Shown here: positions 10,350 to 20,641 of the stretch, one piece after another | Position numbering within the stretch: the first letter of the stretch is position 1 | Layout: each line of letters starts with the position of its first letter | Virus record (IMG/VR): IMGVR_UViG_3300050821_010639 | Coordinates: 32,001-96,000 of that record | Source: a virus | Length of the DNA: 64,000 nt | Strand: one strand, 5' to 3' | Program-made: the position numbers and the translations under genes | The notes under the pieces: model-generated | Databases searched by the model: none | What the model saw: only the letters and a program-made list of their open reading frames with translations | Told to the model about the DNA's origin: nothing

Positions 10350-10844
10350 TTATTGCGCCCGGCGGCGGAACGTCCCCGTCTGGGCAGCCAGGGCGCGAAT
10401 CATCTCCGGCGTGTAGCGGCCCCCCTCGGCCAGCTGCATGCGCCGCGTGGCGGGCCCGGCCTGGGCCAGCTCGGCCGCGATGTACTTCTCGAACCCGAGC
10501 CGGGTCACGGCGGCCCAGCGCGGCCCGTTGGGGCCGGTCGCCTGCGCGATGGCGTCGATCAGGTGGTTGATCCGGGCGTGCACCAGGAAGAACGGGTCCG
10601 GCGCGGTGCCCGCGGCGGCGAGTTCGGCGAACTTAGCCTGGTTGTCCGCCACCAGCCGCTCGAACTCGGCCGCTACGCCCTCGATCGAGGGCGGGGCAGG
10701 CAACTGAGCGTCGCGGGCCGCCTGCGGCGGGCCAGACGGGATGCGGCCCTGCGCGACCGGCCGCCCCGGCGGCGAGCCGGGCACCTGGCCATCGCCGTTC
10801 TGCGTGCGGTTCGTCTTACGGGGCTGGCCGTTCGGGCTGGACAC
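10350..10844 (-). CDS. Hypothetical protein
   Basis: GTG start after AGGAGA; GC3-rich. Confidence 0.6.
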   Translation of the reverse strand: MSSPNGQPRKTNRTQNGDGQVPGSPPGRPVAQGRIPSGPPQAARDAQLPAPPSIEGVAAEFERLVADNQAKFAELAAAGTAPDPFFLVHARINHLIDAIAQATGPNGPRWAAVTRLGFEKYIAAELAQAGPATRRMQLAEGGRYTPEMIRALAAQTGTFRRRAQ

Positions 10845-10911
10845 GGAGGCTCTCCTGACGCGACGGGGGCAATGTCACGTCCAATCGGGCGGCGGAATCT
10901 CCCCCGCCCAA

Positions 10912-11583
10912 TCACTCCCCGGAGAAAACCGCCTCCAGCGCGACCCGCGTCCCCAGCCGGGCGCCGGGGTAGCGCGCCAGCTCGGTCAGCAGGCGCAGCG
11001 CCTGCTCCGGGCTGACCCCGGGCGCGATGTCGGGGCCGAACACCTTCCACTGGCCGGAGACGGCCTCGGCCGCCCACACCGCGAGCAGCTGCGCCTGGGC
11101 CGGCAGCCAGCCGCGCAGGTTCTGCGCCAGTAGCGCGGCCTGGCCCGAGCGGGCGGCGCGGACGACGGAGGCGACCGCGGCCTTGTCCCGGGAGTCGGCG
11201 GGCTCCGGCCCCGCTTCCCGGGCGGCCACCAGCACCCGGCAGCGGGAAACGACGGTGGGCAGCGGGCGGCGGGCGGCGGCGAGCACGAACCGGGTACAGT
11301 CCGGGGGCTCTTCCAGGGTCTTGAGCAGCATGTTCTGAACCTGGGCCGACGCGCCATCCAGGTTCAGGGCCGTAACCCGCGCCCCTCGCGACGCCCACCA
11401 GGCGTTGTCGCGGATATCGCGTGCAGCGGCGGCATTCAGGTCAAACCGGAACGGCCACCCGTGAACTGCGCACGCCCCGAGCACCAGGGCCCCGGCACCA
11501 GGGCCCAGCACCAGCGTGGCCGGGGGCAACTCGCCCGCCAACTCGGCGAGCACCTGCTCAGGCGTCACGCTTCTCCACCTCAA
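10912..11583 (-). CDS. DNA polymerase III delta' (HolB)-like clamp-loader subunit
   Basis: QNMLLKTLEEPP...FVL...LPTVVSRC signature; no intact Walker A. Confidence 0.85.
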   Translation of the reverse strand: MRWRSVTPEQVLAELAGELPPATLVLGPGAGALVLGACAVHGWPFRFDLNAAAARDIRDNAWWASRGARVTALNLDGASAQVQNMLLKTLEEPPDCTRFVLAAARRPLPTVVSRCRVLVAAREAGPEPADSRDKAAVASVVRAARSGQAALLAQNLRGWLPAQAQLLAVWAAEAVSGQWKVFGPDIAPGVSPEQALRLLTELARYPGARLGTRVALEAVFSGE

Positions 11584-12010
11584 TCCAGGCGTCGTACTCG
11601 GTTCCGATCCAGTCCATGCTGGTGTACTTCTCTACGTGCAGGCCGACGATAACCGGGCCCCGCCAGCCGTAGGTGAACAGGCCGTAGCTCTCCTGGCCGT
11701 TGACCTGCACTCCGCCAGCCCGGAGGCCGAGCACGTAGCCGGGAAATACCTCGAACTCGCCAGTCAGCATGCCGATGCCGTCCGGGTAGAGGTCATCGAC
11801 GCCCGCACGGCAGCGCCGGCACGTCAGCCACACCCCGTCATCCGGGTCGATGTGCAGGTACCAGAGGTGACCGCCCTGCCCCTTGTCGCACAGGTGAACG
11901 GCCAGGGCGTGCCAGGCGCCCTGCACGCCCTCCCGGGCCCGGTGAGCCCGCAAGACGGCATCGCGCTCCGCCGCCTCGTCATCAGTCAGGATGCGCCACT
12001 CAAGCTTCAC
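11558..12010 (-). CDS. Hypothetical protein
   Basis: GTG start (VKLEWR) coupled to the upstream stop. Confidence 0.55.
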   Translation of the reverse strand: MKLEWRILTDDEAAERDAVLRAHRAREGVQGAWHALAVHLCDKGQGGHLWYLHIDPDDGVWLTCRRCRAGVDDLYPDGIGMLTGEFEVFPGYVLGLRAGGVQVNGQESYGLFTYGWRGPVIVGLHVEKYTSMDWIGTEYDAWIEVEKRDA

Positions 12011-12201
12011 TTCGCGGCCTCCAGGGCCAGGCGCTGGCGCAGGCCGCAGGTGAGGCACAAGAGCCGCCCTTCCTCGTCCGGCTCGGGCAGGCACGGGTTA
12101 TAGGGGTGAACGTGCGAGATCTCGCACGGGGGGACGAACTGCCGCCACTGCCAGAACAGGCGGCGGATCTCCTGCAGCTGGTCGTACCTGAGCTGCCTCA
12201 T
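12007..12201 (-). CDS. Small Zn-ribbon-like protein
   Basis: C/H residues including CLTC; coupled at both ends. Confidence 0.55.
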   Translation of the reverse strand: MRQLRYDQLQEIRRLFWQWRQFVPPCEISHVHPYNPCLPEPDEEGRLLCLTCGLRQRLALEAAK

Positions 12202-13364
12202 GCCGCCGCCAGCAGACGGACCGCTTCCAGCGCGGCCTCCGTCGACTCGGCGTCGAAGCCGGGGATGCGGCCGAGCACCGACTCAAGTTCCGCCCACAGG
12301 TCCGCGCTCGGAACCACAGGAACGTCCACAGCCTCGGTCACAGGCTCAGCCACAGGAACGTCAGCGACCAGCAGCTCCAGGCCGAAGATGAGCGCCTGCT
12401 TCACCCGGCCGAAGTGGCCGTCGGCGTGCCGGCGCACCGGCGTGCGCAGCTCCGGGTTCTGCCGCATCGCCTCGTCGGCGAACCCGAGGTACCAGGTCTT
12501 GCCGGCCCCGGCCAGCCGGTGGCCGGTGCTAGTGAAGGCAGGCAGCACGCGGTTGCCCTTGGCGGCCCGCAGCGCCGCGACCGCGGACCGGACCTCGGCG
12601 GCCGACAGCCTGACGCCGCCCAGCTCGAACGTCGCCTCACCCGAAGCGGCCTCGCGCAGCTCGGCGAGCCACGGGTCATCCGCCAGGACGACAGCAGGCT
12701 CCGGCTCCGCGACAGGAACGGGCAGGGGCGGCGCCTGGGAGCCGACGACCTCGCGCAGCGCGCCGCGCAGCTCGGCCATCCACTCCTCGGCCTCCTCGCG
12801 GGTCTTGCCGAATTTCCTGCGCACCGCGGCGGCCGATACGGTCCGGCCCGAGGCGAACTGCCCGGCCAGCGCGTCGAACAGCGGCAGCACCGGCTCGCTG
12901 CCGGGCACAGGGGCGAACGCGGACAGCGCGTCGCGCAGCCGGGCCATCGCCTCGGTGTCGGCGAGCGACGGGTACTCGTCAGCCGTGCCGCCCAGCAGGT
13001 CGAGCCACGGCATCGAGCCGTCCTCGCCCACGCGGGTATCGACCAGCAGAAGCTCGCGCCCGGCCCGGCGGCCGAGCGACTCGCGCAGCCCCCGGCAGTA
13101 GAGCGCCACCTTGGCCATGATGAAGGCCTTGAAAGTGACCGGCCGCTGGTTGAAGTCGCTGACGTGGTCCGGCCGGTACTGGGCGATCACGTCAGCGTTC
13201 ATGAACTGCTGGACGATGTACTGCACGCCGTCATCGACGTCGGCCGGGCGGGCGACAGCGCCTAGCTGCTTCCAGACCACCCGCCGGATGTCGCTTCCGT
13301 ACTCCAGGAAAAGCTCTCCATAGTCCGCGGGTGCGACGCAGACAGCCGAACGAGAAAACGCCAC
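12198..13364 (-). CDS. Protein with an N-terminal sigma-70 region-2-like domain
   Basis: YGELFLEYGSDIRRVV...DVDDGVQ...YRPD...TFKAFI resembles ECF region 2; preceded by the palindrome promoter at 13418. Confidence 0.55.
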   Translation of the reverse strand: MAFSRSAVCVAPADYGELFLEYGSDIRRVVWKQLGAVARPADVDDGVQYIVQQFMNADVIAQYRPDHVSDFNQRPVTFKAFIMAKVALYCRGLRESLGRRAGRELLLVDTRVGEDGSMPWLDLLGGTADEYPSLADTEAMARLRDALSAFAPVPGSEPVLPLFDALAGQFASGRTVSAAAVRRKFGKTREEAEEWMAELRGALREVVGSQAPPLPVPVAEPEPAVVLADDPWLAELREAASGEATFELGGVRLSAAEVRSAVAALRAAKGNRVLPAFTSTGHRLAGAGKTWYLGFADEAMRQNPELRTPVRRHADGHFGRVKQALIFGLELLVADVPVAEPVTEAVDVPVVPSADLWAELESVLGRIPGFDAESTEAALEAVRLLAAA

Positions 13365-13917
13365 ACGGAACTCCCCATTGAAGCCAACCTCACCAGTACG
13401 TAGAGGCTAGTCCTCTGCTTGACTCGCGTCAAGTTAAGCGGGGATCACCACACGGCGCTGAACTCGGTGCGGGCCCGGCTGACCGCGGCCTCGCCGACCG
13501 CGATCCGCGATCCGGGGATGTCCCGCGACCCGCTGGCGTTCGTCTCCACCAGCAGCACGCCGCGCCGGCCGAGATTGGTCGACAGCAGCGAGCGGTAAGC
13601 CACGCCGACAGGCAGCTCAAACCGGCCCCGGGTAAACGTCGCCGGGTAGCCGCGCTCGGCCACCACGCCAGTCACCTCCTCGGCGACGCGCCACTTCCGG
13701 CCGTTGCCGAACAGCTCCTGCCACTGGTTGGTCGTGCTCACGCGTGGAACCTCCGCCAGTGCCGCCGGTACGCTCGGGGCGTCCGGAACCGTGTGCCAGC
13801 CGCCCGGCCGACGCGGGGGACACCGCAGGCCGTAACGCCGCCGGGAACCTTTTCGCGCCACGGGCAGTAGACGAACGTGCCGCCGCGCACGGGCGGCGGC
13901 GCCGCAACCAGGCTCAC

Positions 13918-14187
13918 TCAGTCCTCCAAGGGGTCCGCCTTCTGGAACCGGGCGACCGATCGCGCCCTGCGGGCCTGGGTATCGTCAATCCGGCGGTCCA
14001 GGTCGGCGCGCTGCTCGCCGGCGCGCTCCTCAGTGGCCCAGCGCTCGTACTCCTGCGCGGGCGCGAGGGCGGCGGCCGGGTCCGCACGGTACAGCGCGGC
14101 CCACTTCGGGCACGTCATGACGTGGAAGACGATCTTCTTCAGCTCGCCCGTCTCCTGGCAGCCGGGGCAGCGGCCCTGCTCCCTCAC
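13918..14187 (-). CDS. Small CxxC...H-x3-C protein
   Basis: CPGC...HVMTC; start overlaps the HNH stop. Confidence 0.55.
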   Translation of the reverse strand: MREQGRCPGCQETGELKKIVFHVMTCPKWAALYRADPAAALAPAQEYERWATEERAGEQRADLDRRIDDTQARRARSVARFQKADPLED

Positions 14188-14486
14188 GACCAGCTGCTCC
14201 CCTGGTCACGCCGACGGGCGATGCCCTCCGCCACGCGAATGCGGCCCATGCGGGCTGCGGCCGGGTCCTTCTGGTTGCACAGGCGGTGCGCTGCGCGCAT
14301 ATTGCCCATCCGGTCGCGCCCGCCCAGAGTCCTCAGCACGATGTGGTCGACGGTGGGGGCCCACTCAGAATCCGTCCCGCGCAGCTTCCGATCGATAGCC
14401 CGGCCGTCCGGGCACAGGCACGTCGGCATCTCGCACTTCCAGCCGTCCCGGCGGTAGACCGCGCTGTGCACATGGCGGTTGCTCAC
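14184..14486 (-). CDS. HNH endonuclease
   Basis: RRDGWKC...TVDHIV...GG...GNMRAAHRLCNQ. Confidence 0.88.
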   Translation of the reverse strand: MSNRHVHSAVYRRDGWKCEMPTCLCPDGRAIDRKLRGTDSEWAPTVDHIVLRTLGGRDRMGNMRAAHRLCNQKDPAAARMGRIRVAEGIARRRDQGSSWS

Positions 14487-14743
14487 GGCTCAGCCCCCGC
14501 CGGGGCCCCGACCAGCCCGGCGGGCATCGGCTGATGCAGCACGAAGTCCGGCCGCCGGCCGCCCCCGATGTCCTCCAGGCGGGCCTTGACGCAGGTCGTC
14601 AGGCCGGCCGGGTCCTCCCACAGCTCGCTCGCAGCGTTCAGCTGCCGGATCGGGATACTGCATCCCCGGCAGTAGGCCGGGAACTCCCGTGTGCCCGGCG
14701 GGTCTTCAGCCCAGGGAAAGATGCTCATGTTCGTTCCTACGCC

Positions 14744-14995
14744 TCAGCACAGCAGGAACGCGAGCGTCAGGCGGCGCTCGCGCTCTTCCCTCACGAAGTC
14801 GATGTGCCGGCACTGCCCGTCGGCCCGTGCCCCGTAACCGTAACCCCGGCAGGTGCACGCCCAGATCCCGTCGGGGAGCAGGGTTACCCGGTACTCGACG
14901 TCGGGGTAGCGGGACGAGGTGACGTAGCCCTCGAACGCTACGTCCAGGACCGCACGGTGCGGGATCGGCTGCCCGGCCAGCACCGAAACCCTCAC
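14744..14995 (-). CDS. SWIM zinc-finger protein
   Basis: WACTCRGY...CRHI. Confidence 0.7.
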   Translation of the reverse strand: MRVSVLAGQPIPHRAVLDVAFEGYVTSSRYPDVEYRVTLLPDGIWACTCRGYGYGARADGQCRHIDFVREERERRLTLAFLLC

Positions 14996-15282
14996 GCGGG
15001 GGAATTCGGGATGACAGGGAACCCGCGGGTGAGCGTCGGGGCGTAAGAGAAGCTGCCACCCCCGACAGATCCCGAGAACTGCCCGACGCCGGGCACGGTG
15101 ACGTGGATGACAGGCGGCTGCGAGGCACGCTCGACGTCCATGCGGTGCACCAGCGTGCGGTAGTGCCTGGCGGTAGCCCGGTCGGGCCACGCCTCCGTCA
15201 TCCACTCGAACCACGGGGCATGGTCATCCAGGGCTACCGGCGCGGCCTTGTCAAGCGGGTCAGGTGCGAGCATGCCGCCACC

Positions 15283-15660
15283 TTACTGCGCGGCGGCGAC
15301 ACCAGCCGGGGTCAGCGAAAGAGCCTCCGGGCCGGCGTAGGCGCGGTGCGTCCCCTGCCCCGGCGCCTTACCGGTATCCGGGTTTACCACGAGGCCGTCC
15401 TTGTCCAGGGGGGTGCCCGTCTCGTCGTGCCCGGCGATGGCCGCCCGCTGCACCTCCAGCAGGGCATCGATTTCCGCGGTCGCCACTACGTAGGCCGCCG
15501 GCCGGTCTCCCGCGCCGGGCAACTTGTGCAGCGACTTCAGCTTGTGCTCTTCCGTGCCCATCTGGAACAGCCGCTGGCGCTTGACGCGCAGCCGCGCCGC
15601 GGCGAACGGCAGGCTCTCCCAGCCAGGCAGGTCCGGAACAGGGAACTTTTCCTTAGCCAT
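15283..15660 (-). CDS. Helix-turn-helix DNA-binding protein
   Basis: SLPFAAARLRVKRQRLFQM excisionase-like HTH; AAGGAG SD. Confidence 0.6.
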   Translation of the reverse strand: MAKEKFPVPDLPGWESLPFAAARLRVKRQRLFQMGTEEHKLKSLHKLPGAGDRPAAYVVATAEIDALLEVQRAAIAGHDETGTPLDKDGLVVNPDTGKAPGQGTHRAYAGPEALSLTPAGVAAAQ

Positions 15661-15740
15661 GTCATTCTCCTTAAGCCCTCCGCTGAGGGCATTGCTTGCT
15701 GTCTCAGGTATATAGCTTAACCCGAGTCAAGTCTATTCCG

Positions 15741-16271
15741 CTAGACCTGAGACAGCACGCGCCCCATGACCGTTTTCGAGACCGCGAGCCACTTACGGCA
15801 GTCCTCTTCCGTCCGTACCGCGTGCAGCAGCCCGAGGCAGCGGGCCATCGCGCCGGACACAGCCTCGTCGTACTGCCGGGACGCCCAGTCCGGGCAGGCC
15901 CGGCCGCAGTACAGGCGCAGCGCGGTCGCCAGGTCGTCCAGCGCGGGCTCTGGCTCACGCCGCGCGTCCTCCCACAAGTGGGCGTAGCCGACCGGCACGT
16001 AGCCGATCTTGCCCAGTGCCCTGATGGCGGCCGGCTCCTCGTCCATGTTCCAGGCCCTGGCCAGCAACCCGACCGGTGAGAAGTACTCCTGCTCGGCGAA
16101 GCACCACCCGTGGTCCGGGTAGACGCGCAGCGCGCCAGCCTCGCCGCAGGACGGGCACGTCACCTTGACCCCGCGCTCACGAGTGCCCGCGCTGGCCGCT
16201 CCGGCCCACGCCATCGCCCTGTCGAACGAGATCCGCTCGTTGGCGATGGCGTACAGCGACTTGACGCTCAT
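15741..16271 (-). CDS. Primase-type zinc-binding domain protein (no TOPRIM)
   Basis: CPSC...LRVYPDHGWCF; immediately downstream of the helicase. Confidence 0.6.
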   Translation of the reverse strand: MSVKSLYAIANERISFDRAMAWAGAASAGTRERGVKVTCPSCGEAGALRVYPDHGWCFAEQEYFSPVGLLARAWNMDEEPAAIRALGKIGYVPVGYAHLWEDARREPEPALDDLATALRLYCGRACPDWASRQYDEAVSGAMARCLGLLHAVRTEEDCRKWLAVSKTVMGRVLSQV

Positions 16272-17716
16272 TCGAAGTCGATGGACTCCTCGTCCGGCGG
16301 CAGGTCCTGGTCAGCGAAGTAGCTGGTGGCGTAGTCGGCGGTCAGCCGGAACCGGCCCCCGCGCGCGCCGTTGCGGTTCTTCTCGACCGTGAGGGCCAGC
16401 GGCACGGCCCGGCCCCGGGAGGTGTCCTCCTCGGAGAGGGACAGGGAGATAACCGTCGCCGCCGTCTTGCCCGCCTCCGAGGACTGCGACATGTGCTGGT
16501 CGATCGAGAACCCGCCGCCCCCGCCGCGCAGGGCCTGCGAGCCGCCCTGGTTAGCCTGCCAGGGCGACACGAGGGGAACCCCCCGGCCGTGGAACGCCGT
16601 CTGGGCCCAGCGGTGCGCGCTCTTGACGATGCCGGACTGGTTCTCGTGCTCCCTGGAGTCGCGGCTGCGCTGCTGGGGGTCGCACAGCTGCAGGTAGTCG
16701 AACACCATCAAGTCGGGCACCAGGCGCCGGGCCATCGCCTCGGCCCGGCCGGAGAAGACCGGGACCGTGCAGTGCTCGGGCATCTGCACAACCTGGAGTT
16801 CGCCGTACCCGCCGGCCTTCAGGTCAGCGGTGACGGCGGCCAGGGCCCGCTCCTCTTCCTCGCTGAGCCAGCCGGAGGAGATCTTCAGGCTGTCGATCCC
16901 GCGGGCGAGGCCGAACTTGGGGTGGCGCGAGTGCCGGGCCACCAGCTTGACGCGCACCTCGTCGCGGTGCTGCTCAGTGGTGAAGACCAGGACGTTGCGC
17001 CCCTCCATGACCGCGTTGTGCCAGGCGAGCTGCACGCACAGGCTGGACTTGCCCACCGTCGTGCCGGCCACGACCAGCGAGAGCCCCTTGCCGAGGCCGC
17101 CGCCCAGGTAGCGGTCCACGTCCGGCAGGCCGAACTGGATGCCGGCCGGCTTGCCGGAGCGGCGCATCTCCTTCGCGCGGGCGTAGGCGGCCAGCACCTC
17201 GTCGCCCTCGGCGGTGACATTCCCTTCCGGGGTGTCGGACGTGCTGGCGAGCTGCTCAGCCTCGGCCAGGGCCACCTGAACGAACTCGCGCGCGTCGGCG
17301 TGCCCCGCCAGCTCCCGGCCGTCTTCCCCCCGCAGCCCCTCGCGGACAATCTGCATGCCGGTGGCCAGCGCGTCGCCGGTGGCCCGCTCGGCTGCCAGCT
17401 CGCGCAGCTGGTCGACGGAGTGCCGGAACTCGTGCAGCTCGGGCAGGACCGCAGCCAGCGCGTCGTAGGCCTCCTCGTACATCTGCACGGTACCGGGCTT
17501 CCGGCCGCGCAGCAGGTCGCTCAGCGCGTCACGGCTCATGACACCGCCGGTCTGGCCGGCGTACCGCGTCAGCAGCAGGAACAGGGCCCGCTGCACCGGG
17601 TCGGTGAAGTGCTCGCCGCCGACCCGGGCCGACACGTAGTCCAGCGCCCGGACCGACCTGCCGCCCGCCAGGACGGCCGACAGCACCACCTTGCCGTGAG
17701 CTACCGCGTCAGCCAT
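16268..17716 (-). CDS. DnaB-like replicative helicase
   Basis: Walker A AGTTVGKS, FTTE, VFDYLQL, KNRNG. Confidence 0.92.
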   Translation of the reverse strand: MADAVAHGKVVLSAVLAGGRSVRALDYVSARVGGEHFTDPVQRALFLLLTRYAGQTGGVMSRDALSDLLRGRKPGTVQMYEEAYDALAAVLPELHEFRHSVDQLRELAAERATGDALATGMQIVREGLRGEDGRELAGHADAREFVQVALAEAEQLASTSDTPEGNVTAEGDEVLAAYARAKEMRRSGKPAGIQFGLPDVDRYLGGGLGKGLSLVVAGTTVGKSSLCVQLAWHNAVMEGRNVLVFTTEQHRDEVRVKLVARHSRHPKFGLARGIDSLKISSGWLSEEEERALAAVTADLKAGGYGELQVVQMPEHCTVPVFSGRAEAMARRLVPDLMVFDYLQLCDPQQRSRDSREHENQSGIVKSAHRWAQTAFHGRGVPLVSPWQANQGGSQALRGGGGGFSIDQHMSQSSEAGKTAATVISLSLSEEDTSRGRAVPLALTVEKNRNGARGGRFRLTADYATSYFADQDLPPDEESIDFE

Positions 17717-18372
17717 AACGCCGCCTCCCTGCTCAGGTAGGCGGCGGCGTGCGCGGCAACGTAGGCGGTCATGTAAGCAGGCGCGGCCTCGGTCAGCATC
17801 TCGCGCGGCACGTGCCGACTGACGCCCATCAGCTCGCGGGCCATCCCGATCGGGGCGACGTGCCCCGCGATCGACATGACGGTGCCCGGCTCCCAGTGGC
17901 CGGCCTTGCTGGCCCGCTTCACGTGCTCCGGGTGGCCAAGCGGCGGGATAGCCAGGCCGTTACCCGTCTCAAACCCGCGGTGGCGGTACAGCTCCTTGCC
18001 GAACATCAGGCCGCACAGCCAGGTGGGGCCGATAAGCGGAGCGCCCTCCACGTTCTCGATGACATAGGGCACACTGGACTCGATGAGCACCGGCCGCAGC
18101 GGCTCGATGAGGTCGATGTACTCGTCACGCAAGCCGGGGCGGCACGACATCATCTTGCTCCACGGCTGGCACGGCCCCCCGAGGTGCACCATGTCGAACT
18201 CGCGCAGGTCGTCAGCCGTCAGCGCCAGCGCGTCGCCAAGGCGGAAGTCGTACGGGTAGAACTTCCCGACCTTAGGGTCGTTGTCGATACCGGTGACGTC
18301 CAGGTAGTTGGCGTAGCCGTCGGAGGAGATGCCGGCTCCGCAGCCGATGTCCAGGACCCGCCTGCGGCCCAT
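17701..18372 (-). CDS. DNA cytosine-5 methyltransferase-like protein (short)
   Basis: VLDIGCGAG, GPCQ, YVIENV. Confidence 0.8.
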   Translation of the reverse strand: MGRRRVLDIGCGAGISSDGYANYLDVTGIDNDPKVGKFYPYDFRLGDALALTADDLREFDMVHLGGPCQPWSKMMSCRPGLRDEYIDLIEPLRPVLIESSVPYVIENVEGAPLIGPTWLCGLMFGKELYRHRGFETGNGLAIPPLGHPEHVKRASKAGHWEPGTVMSIAGHVAPIGMARELMGVSRHVPREMLTEAAPAYMTAYVAAHAAAYLSREAALWLTR

Positions 18373-18861
18373 AACTCCGCCAGGCGGAAGGCCCTGACGT
18401 TGGAGCCGGGCTCGAACGCGACCCGGTTACCGGCTATCCCGGTGATGATGACCTTCATGCCTACTGCTACGTCCGGTACCCCGGCGACCGTCTCGTACCT
18501 GAGCACGTGCTCAACCGCAGCCACCCGGAACGACGTCCCGTCGACCGCCACCATGTCGCCTTGCTCCACGTCGTCAGCCCGGCAAGTGGTCCAGTCGCGC
18601 CCGTGCCGGTCCAGGTCGAACCGCGGGCGCCGGAACGGCGCGGGGATAACGCGCCTGGTCGCCGGCGCCCTCGGCAGGTGCTCGCCGTCGAAGGCGGTGC
18701 GCCGCGCGGCCTCGGCCTTGGTGATGGCCACCAGGTCCTCAGCGTGCACCGGCGCGGCAGCGGCGGCGGTCTGCGCGTCCACCTGCTCAAGGGCGGCATC
18801 AGACATGAACGCCTCGATAGGCGGGGCGTCCTTCAGCTTCCCGGCCCGGTAGGCGTCAACG

Positions 18862-19679
18862 TCACGCCCCAGGGACTCGGGGATCTCCAGGATATGGGCC
18901 GGCTTGTCCGCCATGTGTCCTCCCGTGCTCGGCGAGGCGATCGGCGGTAACGACGAAGCGCCCGGCCCTGGTGCGGACGGCCAGCCCGCACCCAGCTCCG
19001 GAGCACTTCCCCTCTTTCCATATGAACGCGAACCGGCCGACCGCAGCAACGACCCTAGCGCCCTCACAGCCCGCGTGCGAGGCCAGCGGCGGGCCCCAGG
19101 TGGACACCACCCCGCACCGGCAGGCCCAGTACTCCGGGCTCGGCTCGCAGGTCTCCCGCAGCGTGATGCCGATGCTGGCCCCGCCCGCGGCCGGGCACTC
19201 GTGACGCACGACGCGCCAGAGCGGCAGCACGAACACGCCCGGCGGGTCCAGCTTGTTCAGGGCGTCGAGCAGCGCCTGCCGGGCGCTGCGGAACGCGCGC
19301 CCGGCCTGCTTCTCCTCAGCTGTCAGCGGCATCGTCAGTTGAACAGACGGTCCTTGACACCTTCGATGTAGTCCGCAGCCGCGACCGCCGCGCTCGACCC
19401 GAGCAGGCTGCCGGCCCGCTCGGGTTCCGTCAGGAAGCCGGAGGGCTCCTCGTTCTCGCTGTCCGCCTCCCCGGTCAGCGGCACCACCTTGAGGATGTCC
19501 AGGTCAGCCTCCTGGTGGTCGAACTCGCGCTTAAGGCTGTCGATGTAAGCCTCAGCATCTTCCCGCGACGTCCAGGTCAGCGGGGAGCCCTGCCCGTGCT
19601 CATCGCGCCGGTACTCCAGCTCGTAAGTCAGGGGATTCGAGCAGACCTCAACCTCTACCGCCCACAGCTCGTACCTCAT
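18862..19679 (-). other. Two hypothetical CDS (18862-19332 Cys-rich; 19335-19679 acidic)
   Basis: Closely packed ORFs with high GC3. Confidence 0.55.
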
Positions 19680-20404
19680 GCGACCACCTTCAGCATCTCA
19701 GCGTGACACTCCAGTATCACGACCTGGTGAAGCCGTGCGGCCTCATCTGGTGTTACGCCGGCGTAGGGGGCCAGCTCGGGCAGGGTCATTCCGTGGTAAT
19801 AGCGGAGCACCAGAATCACCCGCTCGCGGGCGCTCAGGCGGCCGATCGCCCCGGACATGGCGGCCAGCACCTGCGACACCACGGCCTGGCCCTCCACGTC
19901 GTCAGTCCCGGCCACGTCGTAGGGCTCGGCGTCCATGCTCACCGGGCGGGCGGAGACAGCGGCGGCGGTGGCGCGCACCTCGTCAATGCCCATCCCGGTG
20001 GCCTTCGCCAGCTCAGCGTCGGACAGCCCGCGGTCCTGCCCGGCCTCGCGCAGCATCTTCGCCTTGGTGCGGGCGCTGCGCGTCACCCAGTCCTGGCTGC
20101 GCAGGTAGTCGAGCATCGAGCCGCGCATCCGCCGCAGGGCGTAGGCGTAGAAGTACTCGAACCGCGACGGGTCGTGGCCGTGCTTGGCGCAGTAGGCAGG
20201 CCAGCGCGCCGCGGCGGCGGCCAGGCCCGACAGGGCGAGCGCCTCCAGTTCGTCTAGCTCCAGGGCGTGCGGGGCTCGCTGCCACACCCGGTAGGCCTCC
20301 GACCGGGCCGCCGGGAAGATTTCAGCGGTCAGCTCACCGATCCGCGCCCGGACCTCCTCCTCAGTCACCGAGCTGCCGCTGCGCTTGCCGGCTGGCCGGG
20401 TCAA
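19676..20404 (-). CDS. Sigma-70 family factor, FliA/WhiG-like
   Basis: FEYFYAYALRRMRGSMLDYLRSQDWVTRSAR and region 4 LSARERVILVLRYYHGMTLPELA. Start may be the GTG about 36 nt downstream. Confidence 0.88.
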   Translation of the reverse strand: MTRPAGKRSGSSVTEEEVRARIGELTAEIFPAARSEAYRVWQRAPHALELDELEALALSGLAAAAARWPAYCAKHGHDPSRFEYFYAYALRRMRGSMLDYLRSQDWVTRSARTKAKMLREAGQDRGLSDAELAKATGMGIDEVRATAAAVSARPVSMDAEPYDVAGTDDVEGQAVVSQVLAAMSGAIGRLSARERVILVLRYYHGMTLPELAPYAGVTPDEAARLHQVVILECHAEMLKVVA

Positions 20405-20641
20405 CCTCGTCCTGCTCGATTTCCTGCCGGGCCGGGCGGATGATCTCGTCAGTGACGGCGAGCGGGATACCGCAGTGATTTGCGACCTGCTCGTCTGTCC
20501 AGTCCCGGTGAGCGCGCAGCGCCTTCTTGGCTGCCAGGAACCATTCGACCCTCGTTGATGCCATGCCCCGCGTGATCGTCACGCATCACCGACGGCGCGG
20601 GCCCGCTACGATGACGGTCACAATCTGACCAAGGGGGAGCA

